64,000 bases of DNA from a bacterium (GTDB taxonomy: Bacteria > Pseudomonadota > Alphaproteobacteria > Caulobacterales > Hyphomonadaceae). The position numbers and the translations under genes are program-made. The stretch is from assembly GCA_016125045.1 (NCBI GenBank), contig WGML01000009.1:117206-181205 (forward strand), in the 5' to 3' direction. A model generated the notes under the pieces. It did not search any database, was not told the origin of the DNA, and was given only the letters and a program-made list of their open reading frames with translations. How positions within the stretch are numbered: the first letter of the stretch is position 1; each line of letters opens with the position of its first letter. Below are positions 1 through 8,272 of the stretch, piece after piece.

Positions 1-523
1 CGGCGCGAACCCAGTCCCGACCGGACACCACATCCTCGCCCCTGGGAAGGATCGGCTCCCGGATGCGGTCGAGCACGACGTCGTAGGACCCGACGATCGA
101 GATTTCGCGATCTGTCTCCGCCTTCGCGACCAGCTTCTCGACCGCGTCCCGACGGATCAGATCATCGGCGCAAAGCCACTGCACATAGGCGGCGGTCGCC
201 GGCACGAGCCGCATCGCCGCATTCCAGTTGTCCACCTGTTTCAGAACGGCGGTGTTGCGTTCAACCTGGAGCGGCACGCGGCCGCCCCTGAAGCGCTCGA
301 TGATCTCTGCTGTCCCGTCGGTGCTCGCATTATCCAGGATCAGATGGACGAGGTTTGGATAGGTCTGACGCTGCACACACTGCATCGTCGCCTCAAGATA
401 CTTCTCGCCGTTATAGACGGGCGTCACGATCACAACCAATGGAAGGGCCTTGGCGGCGGAGGCCGTCGGGGACGCACCCTCCTGATCTGCGACCACGGAC
501 TGAGTGACCGAAGTGAGCTGCAT
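1..523 (-). CDS. Glycosyltransferase family 2 (runs off the left edge; absent from the ORF track)
   Basis: Manual translation from ATG at 523: MQLTSVTQ...LVVIVTPVYNGEKYLEATMQCVQRQTYPNLVHLILDNASTDGT, a classic GT2 N-terminus. Confidence 0.9.
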   Translation of the reverse strand, partial: MQLTSVTQSVVADQEGASPTASAAKALPLVVIVTPVYNGEKYLEATMQCVQRQTYPNLVHLILDNASTDGTAEIIERFRGGRVPLQVERNTAVLKQVDNWNAAMRLVPATAAYVQWLCADDLIRRDAVEKLVAKAETDREISIVGSYDVVLDRIREPILPRGEDVVSGRDWVRA

Positions 524-907
524 CGACCGACCGGCTCCCAACATTCCGCTACCGGACTTCCGCGTCGCGGCTCTTAGACCACCCGACGCAAGTTTTGCAC
601 AAGACATTTCGCCTCTCGCACGACACTGGACCCGCCAATGACACGTTCCAGAAGCTGATCTCGTTCGACACTCGGCGAGCTTGGCTGCAAGGCGCATACC
701 ATTCCAGGACGAACATCCTCGGTTCTCCGCTATGCCCCTTTGGCAACACGCGCGCACAAAAATTGCACGGATCGCGCGAGCGAAAGTGACGCAAACACCC
801 CGCACGGTTAGTGTTCACGGGTGTTAAACCAAATTGGCGAACAAAAGCGGGTTACAGGGAAGACCAATGGGCGACGCCTCGCCCCCCTGTCGCAACCGCG
901 GGGAGAC

Positions 908-2194
908 ATGACAATGAACCGCAAGCTTCTCGTTCTCGGGGTGGTCAGCACGATCGCCGCCCCCTCGGCGTTCGCACAGGCGAACGATGATTTCTTCGCG
1001 CGGGACCGCTACACGGCCGTCACGGATCGGCCTCAGCCTGAATTCGACGCGGTGCCCCTGCGTCTCGGGACGTTCACCTTCGAGCCCGCCGTCACGGTCG
1101 GCGTGTCGACCGATTCCAACGTGCTTGCATCGGGCGTGCGGGAGGTCGACGACCTCATCTTCGTCGTCAAACCGGAATTCAGCCTCAACTCCGACTGGGG
1201 ACGCAACTTCCTTGGCGTCAACTTCACCGCCACCAATCGCGAATACCAGGACGTGTCAGCCGACTCCGGCGCGGACATCGAGACCGCTGTGCGCGGCCGC
1301 CTCGATGTGACCCGCGATTTCACGCTCGACGCGGAAGCCCGCTCCGGCAGCTTCCTCGAACCGCGCGTCGCCTTCGCCGCTCTCGAAGGCGCGGCGGAGC
1401 CCGTTCACTTTGACCGCACCAGCGCCCAGATCGGCGCGCAGTATCGCCGGTCACGCATCCTCCTGCGCGGCGACGTCACGGTCACAGACGCAAATTACGA
1501 TGCGGTCGCCGCGATCGGCGGCGGCTCCTTCTCGCAGGACTTCCGGGACACCACGGACACCGCCTATCAGGGTCAGGTCTCCTATGCGACGTCTCCCAGC
1601 GTCGCCGTGTTCCTGCGCACCACCTTCACCGACCGGAACGGGTCGGGCGTCGGCGGCTTCAACAGGGATACTCAGGCGACCAACGTTCAGGTCGGAACCA
1701 ATTTCGAACTCGCGACTCTGGTGCGCGGCGACATCGCGGTCGGCGTCCTGCAGGAAGACCGCGCCGATCCCCGCCTGTCCGACTTCGACGGGTTCTCGGC
1801 CAACGCGCGCGTCCTCTGGTTCCCGTCTCAGCTCGCGACCGTCACCTTCCGCGCGGAACGCGCGTCATTCGATCCGGGCTTCTTCAACACCTCGACCGCG
1901 TTCAACACCCAGCTCGGCGCCCATGTCGACTACGAACTGCGCCGCAATGTGTTGGTGTTCGGCGACGTGGCCCGCTTCGATGTGGACTACCAGACGAATG
2001 TCGACTTCCTCGGCAATCCGTTCACCCGCAAGGATGAACGCTGGGAGACGTCCGCGGGCGTCGCCTACAAGCTCAACCGGAATGCGCGCATCGAGGCGGG
2101 CGTCTCCTATCTCGACCAGACCGCGAACGGCGCGCCGGCTGCCGATACCTATGACCGGACGATCTTCTCGATCGGTCTGAAGGTAAATCCGTAA
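908..2194 (+). CDS. Outer-membrane beta-barrel protein of the type found in polysaccharide export loci (BBP2-like)
   Basis: Signal peptide (MNRKLLVLGVVSTIAAPSAFA), amphipathic beta strands, V.DRP.PEFD..PLRLG N-terminal motif, GGGAG RBS before ATG 908, divergent from a GT2. Confidence 0.75.
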   Translation: MTMNRKLLVLGVVSTIAAPSAFAQANDDFFARDRYTAVTDRPQPEFDAVPLRLGTFTFEPAVTVGVSTDSNVLASGVREVDDLIFVVKPEFSLNSDWGRNFLGVNFTATNREYQDVSADSGADIETAVRGRLDVTRDFTLDAEARSGSFLEPRVAFAALEGAAEPVHFDRTSAQIGAQYRRSRILLRGDVTVTDANYDAVAAIGGGSFSQDFRDTTDTAYQGQVSYATSPSVAVFLRTTFTDRNGSGVGGFNRDTQATNVQVGTNFELATLVRGDIAVGVLQEDRADPRLSDFDGFSANARVLWFPSQLATVTFRAERASFDPGFFNTSTAFNTQLGAHVDYELRRNVLVFGDVARFDVDYQTNVDFLGNPFTRKDERWETSAGVAYKLNRNARIEAGVSYLDQTANGAPAADTYDRTIFSIGLKVNP

Positions 2195-2214
2195 GTTTCT
2201 GCCCGTTTTGCACG

Positions 2215-2241
2215 GCTCCCCGGGCGGTCCGCCCGGGGAGC
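2215..2241. terminator. Perfect 13-bp inverted repeat between convergent genes, probable terminator
   Basis: gctccccgggcgg-t-ccgcccggggagc lies between the stops at 2194 and 2264. Confidence 0.6.
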
Positions 2242-2263
2242 GCCCCGCCTCAACGACGAACGA

Positions 2264-2689
2264 CTACTTCGCGCTGCCGGCATCCGCTCCGGCGTCTGCG
2301 GGCGTCGCCTCATCATTCCACTTGTAGATGCGCCGGATCACGCACGACCCGTCAAAGCGGGAGTCGGTGACCACGTTGTCGCCGCGTTGCAGGCAGGATG
2401 ACCCGCCGCGCTGCACCAGGCCGACGCTCAGGAACGCGTCATCCGGCTGGCATGTCCCGAGCAGCTCCAGCTTGTAGACATCCTTGACGCCCCGCTCCAC
2501 GAGAATGGAGTCATCGTCGAGTTCCCGCCAGTTGCGGATCATGCTGGTGAAGCAGATCTGGCGCACTTCCTCGCCCTGACGAGGATCCACCTTTTCATCC
2601 GCCCTGGCGGTTTCGGCCGCGGGCGATTGGCAGGCGGCGAGAAGCACTCCGGCGACGAGCGAGGCGGCGATCGGGAACCTTCCGGACAT
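2264..2689 (-). CDS. Small lipoprotein, DUF6491-like
   Basis: Lipobox LAAC, four further Cys (ICF...GTC...SCL...SCV), AAAGGAG RBS. Confidence 0.7.
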   Translation of the reverse strand: MSGRFPIAASLVAGVLLAACQSPAAETARADEKVDPRQGEEVRQICFTSMIRNWRELDDDSILVERGVKDVYKLELLGTCQPDDAFLSVGLVQRGGSSCLQRGDNVVTDSRFDGSCVIRRIYKWNDEATPADAGADAGSAK

Positions 2690-2877
2690 GGTCGACACTC
2701 CTTTCCAACTGGGTTGCGGGCGACAATGCGACGGCAACCGGGCTCGATTGTGGCGACCGGGATGCTGAACCCCACCTGAACGCGTATCAAACAGGCCTGA
2801 AACACGCTTCCTACCGCGGGCCCTTCGAGGATAAGAATGTCCTTAACCAGGGAACAACTGGCGGGAGGGACGAGATA

Positions 2878-3135
2878 ATGATCAGGACATGGGCCTTGGC
2901 CGGCGCGCTCGCGGCGCTCACGGCGGGATGCGCAACAGCGGGCGGTGGAGCAGCGGAGCCCGCTTCCACCGCCGGCCTGGAATGCCGCACATCCACGCCG
3001 ACCGGCAGCACGATTCCCAAGCGGACGTGCCGCAGCCCTGAGGCTTGGGCCGCAACGGACGCCGAAGCCAGCAAGGGCGTCGAAGAGATCGATCGCCAGC
3101 TCCGCTCGGCCACCGGGACCACACAGCCCAACTGA
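2878..3135 (+). CDS. Small lipoprotein with C-x6-GS-x6-C-x5-W motif
   Basis: Lipobox TAGC, GGAGG RBS, paralogue at 15916-16191. Confidence 0.75.
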   Translation: MIRTWALAGALAALTAGCATAGGGAAEPASTAGLECRTSTPTGSTIPKRTCRSPEAWAATDAEASKGVEEIDRQLRSATGTTQPN

Positions 3136-3239
3136 TCCTTCCGGACGCCTCTCCTCTGCAGCGCCGCCTTTGCGTTCCATGACGAATCAGAAAGTGTTGG
3201 ACAGGGCCAAGGGGGCGCGACTGCGTAGGAAGGGTCGCC

Positions 3240-3518
3240 GTGCCTCAACATTTTTTCTGCAACGCGATGCCCGTTGGCGAAATCAAGGGCGAAGTCGCGA
3301 TTGTCCGCTTTCTGATGGACAGTCCGATCGAACATGACCCGCTCGCCGGCATAGACGGGGTCTTCACTCCCCACGCGGCCCGCGCGGCCGCCGAGGTGTT
3401 CTCGCGGCTGGCGGTCGAGCTTGAGCGGCGCAGGGCGCACCCGACTCCTGTCGCGGTCTTCCCGAAGCCTCGCCGGCCCGGACGTGGTCCGTCCACAGGG
3501 GCCGCCGCGGAACAATAG
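3240..3518 (+). CDS. Hypothetical protein
   Basis: GTG start after AGGAAGG, protein-like composition, fills the intergenic gap; family not recognised. Confidence 0.4.
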   Translation: MPQHFFCNAMPVGEIKGEVAIVRFLMDSPIEHDPLAGIDGVFTPHAARAAAEVFSRLAVELERRRAHPTPVAVFPKPRRPGRGPSTGAAAEQ

Positions 3519-3622
3519 CCCGCCCCTGCCTCGCCCAGCCGGCGGCTCGCCTCGGCCACGCCGCCGGCTGTCAGCGACCTCGCCCACTTGACCATCGGGG
3601 CCGCGTCGCGCACCAAGTCTCA

Positions 3623-5176
3623 ATGCAGAAACAGGTCTCTACCCAACGCGCCGCTCTCGCCGTGCGGAATGCGACACCCTCCGATATTCCCGCGATTCTG
3701 GCGCTCGTCGCCAAAGCCTACCCGGATTTGCCGCCCTACAGTCCCGGCATGATCCAGGGACACATCACCCATTTTCCCGAAGGCCAGTTCGTCGTCGCCT
3801 ATGACGGCGCGATCGTCGGCTACGCGGCCTCCTTCCGGATCGCGGAAGACATCGCACTCAAGCCGCACACCTGGTCGGAGATCACGGGCGGCGGCTACGC
3901 CTCCCGCCACGATCCGCTCGGCGACTGGCTTTATGGAATGGAGGTCTGCGTCGATCCGGACCGTCGCCGGCTTCGGATCGGCCAGCGTTTGTATGATGCG
4001 CGCCGCCAGCTCTGCGAGGGCGAATGGCTGAAAGGCGTCGTGTTCGGCGGGCGGATGCCGAACTGGCTCAGGCGCCGCAAGGACTACCCGGATCCACTCG
4101 CCTATGTCGCCGCCGTGCGCGAGCGCAAGATCGTCGACCCGATCGTCAATTTTCATTTGCGCGCAGGTTTCGAACCGATTGGCGTTCTCCAGCACTACCT
4201 GCCGAGCGACGCCGCATCCGGCGGGTTCGCCACCCATATGGTCTGGCGCAATCCTTATGCGGAGGAAGTGCGAACCAAGTCCGCGCTCGCGCACGGCCAG
4301 AAGGATTCCGTTCGCGTGGCGACGGTCCAGTTCCAACAGCGGATGGTGTCCAGTTTCGAGCAGTTCATCTCGAATGTGGAGTATTTCGTCGACATCTGCG
4401 CTGACTATCGCAGCGACTTCGTGGTGTTCCCGGAGCTGTTCACCCTGCAGCTCCTCGCCCTGGAACCGCGTCGCCTTTCCCCCGCGGAGTCGATCGAGGC
4501 GCTGACCGCCTACACGCCGCGCTTCACCAAGGCGATGCGGGAAATGGCGATCAGCTACAACATCAATATCATCGGCGGGTCCCATCCGACGCGAACCGAC
4601 GACGGAGACATCCAGAACGTCGCCTACATTTTCCTCCGGGACGGATCCGTGCACGAGCAGGAGAAGGTCCATCCGACTCCCAACGAAAAGCGCTGGTGGG
4701 GCATCAAGGGCGGCGACACGATTTCCTCGATCAGCACCGATTGCGGCCCGATCGGCGTCCTCATCTGTTACGACAGCGAGTTCCCGGAGCTCGCCCGCCG
4801 CCTCGCCGATGAGGGCGCCCGGATCCTGTTCGTGCCGTTCTGCACCGATAACCGCCAGGGCTATATGCGCGTGCGCTACTGCTGCCAGGCCCGCGCGATC
4901 GAGAACCAGCTTTATGTTGTCCTCTCCGGCAATGTCGGAAATCTGCCCAACGTCGAAAACATGGACATCCAGTACGCCCAGTCCGCCATTCTCACTCCGT
5001 GCGACTTCCCATTCGCACGTGACGGGATCGCCGCCGAAGCAACCGAAAACGTGGAAACCGTCACCATCGCCGACCTGGACCTCAACGACCTGTCCTGGGC
5101 CCGCGCTCAAGGCACGGTTCAGAATATGCGCGACCGCCGGTTCGACCTTTACAAAACGGTCTGGATGAAGACTTGA
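3623..5176 (+). CDS. Bifunctional GNAT acetyltransferase / carbon-nitrogen hydrolase (nitrilase superfamily)
   Basis: N-terminal GNAT (VDPDRRRLRIGQRLY); C-terminal E-K-C triad motifs FPEL, EKVH, ICYDSEFPE. Confidence 0.92.
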   Translation: MQKQVSTQRAALAVRNATPSDIPAILALVAKAYPDLPPYSPGMIQGHITHFPEGQFVVAYDGAIVGYAASFRIAEDIALKPHTWSEITGGGYASRHDPLGDWLYGMEVCVDPDRRRLRIGQRLYDARRQLCEGEWLKGVVFGGRMPNWLRRRKDYPDPLAYVAAVRERKIVDPIVNFHLRAGFEPIGVLQHYLPSDAASGGFATHMVWRNPYAEEVRTKSALAHGQKDSVRVATVQFQQRMVSSFEQFISNVEYFVDICADYRSDFVVFPELFTLQLLALEPRRLSPAESIEALTAYTPRFTKAMREMAISYNINIIGGSHPTRTDDGDIQNVAYIFLRDGSVHEQEKVHPTPNEKRWWGIKGGDTISSISTDCGPIGVLICYDSEFPELARRLADEGARILFVPFCTDNRQGYMRVRYCCQARAIENQLYVVLSGNVGNLPNVENMDIQYAQSAILTPCDFPFARDGIAAEATENVETVTIADLDLNDLSWARAQGTVQNMRDRRFDLYKTVWMKT

Positions 5177-6453
5177 CGGCGACCTTCGCCACCAGCCGCA
5201 AGGCGAGACTTTCCGGGCTCTTCCTCCTCTATGCGGCCCAGGGCGCTCCCGAGGGGCTTCTCTATGTGGCCGTGCCCGCCTGGCTCGGTGCGAACGGGGT
5301 CCCGGCCGAGGCGGTCGCGGGATACATCGCCGTCATCCTGCTGCCGTGGAGCCTGAAACTCTTCAACGGTGTGCTCATGGACCGCATCACCTTCCTTCCC
5401 ATGGGACGCCGCCGGCCATGGCTGATCGGCGCTCAAACCGTTCTTGTGCTGACCCTGCTGGGTTTTGGCGCCCGCGCGCCCGAGGGCGCGGACCTCGCCT
5501 GGATCACGGCCGCGGGCTTCCTCGTGAATCTCTCGGCGGCATTCCAGGACGTCGCCATCGACGGCATGGCGATCGACACCGTCCCCGAAGACGAGCGCGC
5601 CCGTGCGAACGGCGTAATGTGGGGCGGCAAGACGCTGGGGATCGGCGGCGCGTCCGTCGCGACGGGATACATCATCGCGGCTGAGGGTTTCGCCGCGGCC
5701 GCCCTCGCGACGGCGGCGTTTGTCGCCCTTGTGATGCTCGTCCCGCTCCTGTGGCGCGAACGACCCGGCGAGCGGCTGTTGCCGTGGTCGGCCGGAGAAG
5801 CTTCGACTGAGGCCCGCACCCGCCAGCTGACGAGCTGGGCGCCCATCCTGCGCGACCTGATCGCCGCCCTGATCCGTCCGCAGAGCATGCTGCTGGCGCT
5901 TGGGATATTTGTCGCGCTCATCGGTTACGGCCTCGACACCGCGTTCGGACCGCTTCTCGCGGTGCAGGACCTCGAATGGGAGCAGGAACGCTATGGCGCG
6001 CTGGCCGGCGCATCAAACCTCGCGGGCGGACTGTTCGGCGTATTCGCTGCGGGCGTCATCGCGGATCGACTGGGTCCGGGGCGTGCGCTCATCATCACGC
6101 TCGTCGGCGTCGCGTTGCTGCAAGGAGGAATGGGGGCGACCTCGCACCTGTGGAGCGCCCCTTGGGTCTTTTCGGGATACACAATCCTCTACTCGCTTCT
6201 GTTCGTTATGATGTCGGTGTGCATCTACGCCCAGGCGATGGCGGCGAGCGCGCCATCGGTCGCCGCGACCCAGTTCTCCGTCTTCATGGCGATCCTCAAC
6301 CTCGGAACGTCCTTCGGGGCGGGCCGACTGGACGTGATCAAGCCCGCCTTCGGATATGAAGGCGCCTTCCTGGCCGCCGCCGCTGCGGCGCTTGCTGGAG
6401 CGGTCCTGTTTGCGCTGTCCAGCCGGCTGTCGGCGCGCGCCCCTGCGCGATGA
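5173..6453 (+). CDS. MFS transporter, AmpG-like
   Basis: About 12 TM segments; LPWSLK, GRRRPW, QDVAIDG and ATQFS motifs; TTGA overlap with the upstream gene. Confidence 0.88.
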   Translation: MTATFATSRKARLSGLFLLYAAQGAPEGLLYVAVPAWLGANGVPAEAVAGYIAVILLPWSLKLFNGVLMDRITFLPMGRRRPWLIGAQTVLVLTLLGFGARAPEGADLAWITAAGFLVNLSAAFQDVAIDGMAIDTVPEDERARANGVMWGGKTLGIGGASVATGYIIAAEGFAAAALATAAFVALVMLVPLLWRERPGERLLPWSAGEASTEARTRQLTSWAPILRDLIAALIRPQSMLLALGIFVALIGYGLDTAFGPLLAVQDLEWEQERYGALAGASNLAGGLFGVFAAGVIADRLGPGRALIITLVGVALLQGGMGATSHLWSAPWVFSGYTILYSLLFVMMSVCIYAQAMAASAPSVAATQFSVFMAILNLGTSFGAGRLDVIKPAFGYEGAFLAAAAAALAGAVLFALSSRLSARAPAR

Positions 6454-6824
6454 AAGGCCGCAAGGAGCACCGGCCCGATCCCGTGCGATCTCCGCTCACG
6501 GTATGGGTGCACAGAGGGGTTGATGCGCCCGCCTACCGCGCCACGATCTTCGATCCGCCGCTCCCCGGCCCTGCCCCTTCGCGCGGCTGGCCGATCTGGA
6601 TCGTCGAACACCGCGGACGCGAACTGGTGTTCGCCTCACCAGAGGAGATTCGCCACGCCATCGATGTTCTTGGACGCCGCGTGATGCCCCGTGCGCGCGA
6701 TCTTGCCGGCCCTCACCTCCCGCGCAACCGACACTGGCTGTCCCGGCTGCACTCGAGCTGGAAGTCCTGGAAGGTTCGCCAACGCCTCACGAAAACGCTC
6801 GCGCGGCTCCTGACCGAAGGCTGA
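6450..6824 (+). CDS. Hypothetical protein
   Basis: ATGA overlap with the MFS gene; basic Trp-rich ORF (HWLSRLHSSWKSWK). Confidence 0.6.
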   Translation: MKGRKEHRPDPVRSPLTVWVHRGVDAPAYRATIFDPPLPGPAPSRGWPIWIVEHRGRELVFASPEEIRHAIDVLGRRVMPRARDLAGPHLPRNRHWLSRLHSSWKSWKVRQRLTKTLARLLTEG

Positions 6825-6858
6825 TCAACCGCACGGACCAATGGGTTGCGGCGACCGC

Positions 6859-7953
6859 TCAGCGGCCCTCTTCCGCCGTCACCGAGGCCACGACACCGCC
6901 ACGTTTCTCCTGCATCCGCGCGCCAGCGAGAATGCCCTCGAAAGAGTAATTCCCTTCGTGGCAGGCGTACTCATAGAGCGGCTGATCGGTCTTGTTGAAC
7001 GCCATCTCTCCCCGCCATGTCTGGGTGTACAGGGTCGGATCCTCGACGATGAATTCATAGACGATCTGGTCGTCCGACCAGCGTGTGAATCTCTCGGTCA
7101 CCTTGCCCTCGGACGAAATATAGCCCCGCTGCATGGGGTGCATGTTTCGCGTCTCGATGACCAGCGTGTCGCCCTCATACCAGCCGATGGAGTCTCCGAG
7201 CCACGGCTTGATAACGTCCGGCCGGACCCGCTCGCGGGTGATGGGAATGATCCGCGCATCGTGCACCATTTCAACCAAAATCATAACGTGATCAGGGGCT
7301 TGCACGATCTGATAGGTGTTGTTGTAGAGCACGTTCTGCATCACCGGACCGCCGGTGTTGCCAAACCCGATCAGGCAGCGCTCGCCGATCGGGCGGGTTT
7401 CCGGCCCATCGAAACTCCCGTAATTCGTCTGGATCGGTCCCGGCCCCTGCACCGTCACGCCATCCGCGCCGGCGCCGCCGGTCGGGCGGGCGGGTTGGGC
7501 GGCGGGGCGACGCGGCTGGGGCCGGTTCTTGTACGGAATGCGTCCATCCGCGGGCTCGACAATCCACGATGAGCGAAGCTCGCCGCGCACCTTCGCAACC
7601 TTGGTTCCCGGGTCGACCCAGAACGCGTTATAGCCGCCGCCGGACAGGAGGTCCGTGCCGTCGAGCAGCGTCGTGTCTTTCGGATCCGCCGGCTTTGCGT
7701 CCTCGCGTGTCCGGTTGTTGTAATAGTCCGCGCCTTCAAGCTTCGCCGCCTGCTCGGGGGTGAGGACGAGCGTCTCGGCGAGGGGATCGCGCTGCATGTC
7801 CGTGATCGAGGAATTGCTCCAGAACCCCTGCAGGTCCGGGCGTCCGTCGGGCATGCGGGCCGGCGTGTAGCCCGGCGCCGTGGTCTGCGCGGCGGCGGAG
7901 GCGGCCAGTGCGCAACTGAAGGTCAGGGCTGAAACGATCGACTTGATGAACAT
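6859..7953 (-). CDS. Secreted conserved hypothetical protein (EYACHEGNY family, copy 1)
   Basis: Signal peptide, AGGGAG RBS, motifs PDLQGFWSN, ERCLIGFG, EMVHDAR, GDSIGWYEGDTLV, YEYACHEGNY; three paralogues in the window. Confidence 0.9.
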   Translation of the reverse strand: MFIKSIVSALTFSCALAASAAAQTTAPGYTPARMPDGRPDLQGFWSNSSITDMQRDPLAETLVLTPEQAAKLEGADYYNNRTREDAKPADPKDTTLLDGTDLLSGGGYNAFWVDPGTKVAKVRGELRSSWIVEPADGRIPYKNRPQPRRPAAQPARPTGGAGADGVTVQGPGPIQTNYGSFDGPETRPIGERCLIGFGNTGGPVMQNVLYNNTYQIVQAPDHVMILVEMVHDARIIPITRERVRPDVIKPWLGDSIGWYEGDTLVIETRNMHPMQRGYISSEGKVTERFTRWSDDQIVYEFIVEDPTLYTQTWRGEMAFNKTDQPLYEYACHEGNYSFEGILAGARMQEKRGGVVASVTAEEGR

Positions 7954-8272
7954 GGCGTGCTCCCTCTTTGGTCGCGGACAGGCGCGCGTCTTGTCCGGCG
8001 CGCCTCGCCGCATGGAATCTGCGCCAACATGCGGTAAAACGTCTCTGCGATGCAATCGGACAAACCGGACCGGCGGAGCTTGCGTACGTTTTTTGCATTC
8101 CGAAGCCGTATATTCGCCCTCCGGATCGCTTGCCGGCCGTCCATGCGACAGCGTGCATGACCGGGGGGTGAGGAGTGGGCGTCAGGAACGGTTTCGGCGC
8201 GGGTTTGAGTGATGTTTGGGCGATGGCTTCATCACGGGGCCGCCGCCGGGGACCAGACGAAGGGACGACAAG

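Noticed and set aside
806..830. Possible CtrA box upstream of the beta-barrel gene
   Set aside because: Only one good TTAA half-site; the spacing does not give TTAA-N7-TTAA
8079..8099. CTTGCGTA-N5-TTTGCATT upstream of mcd as an ScfR-family or sigma54 site
   Set aside because: Spacer and half-sites deviate from the TTTGCAAA-N4-TTTGCAAA motif as I recall it, and the GG required for sigma54 is missing
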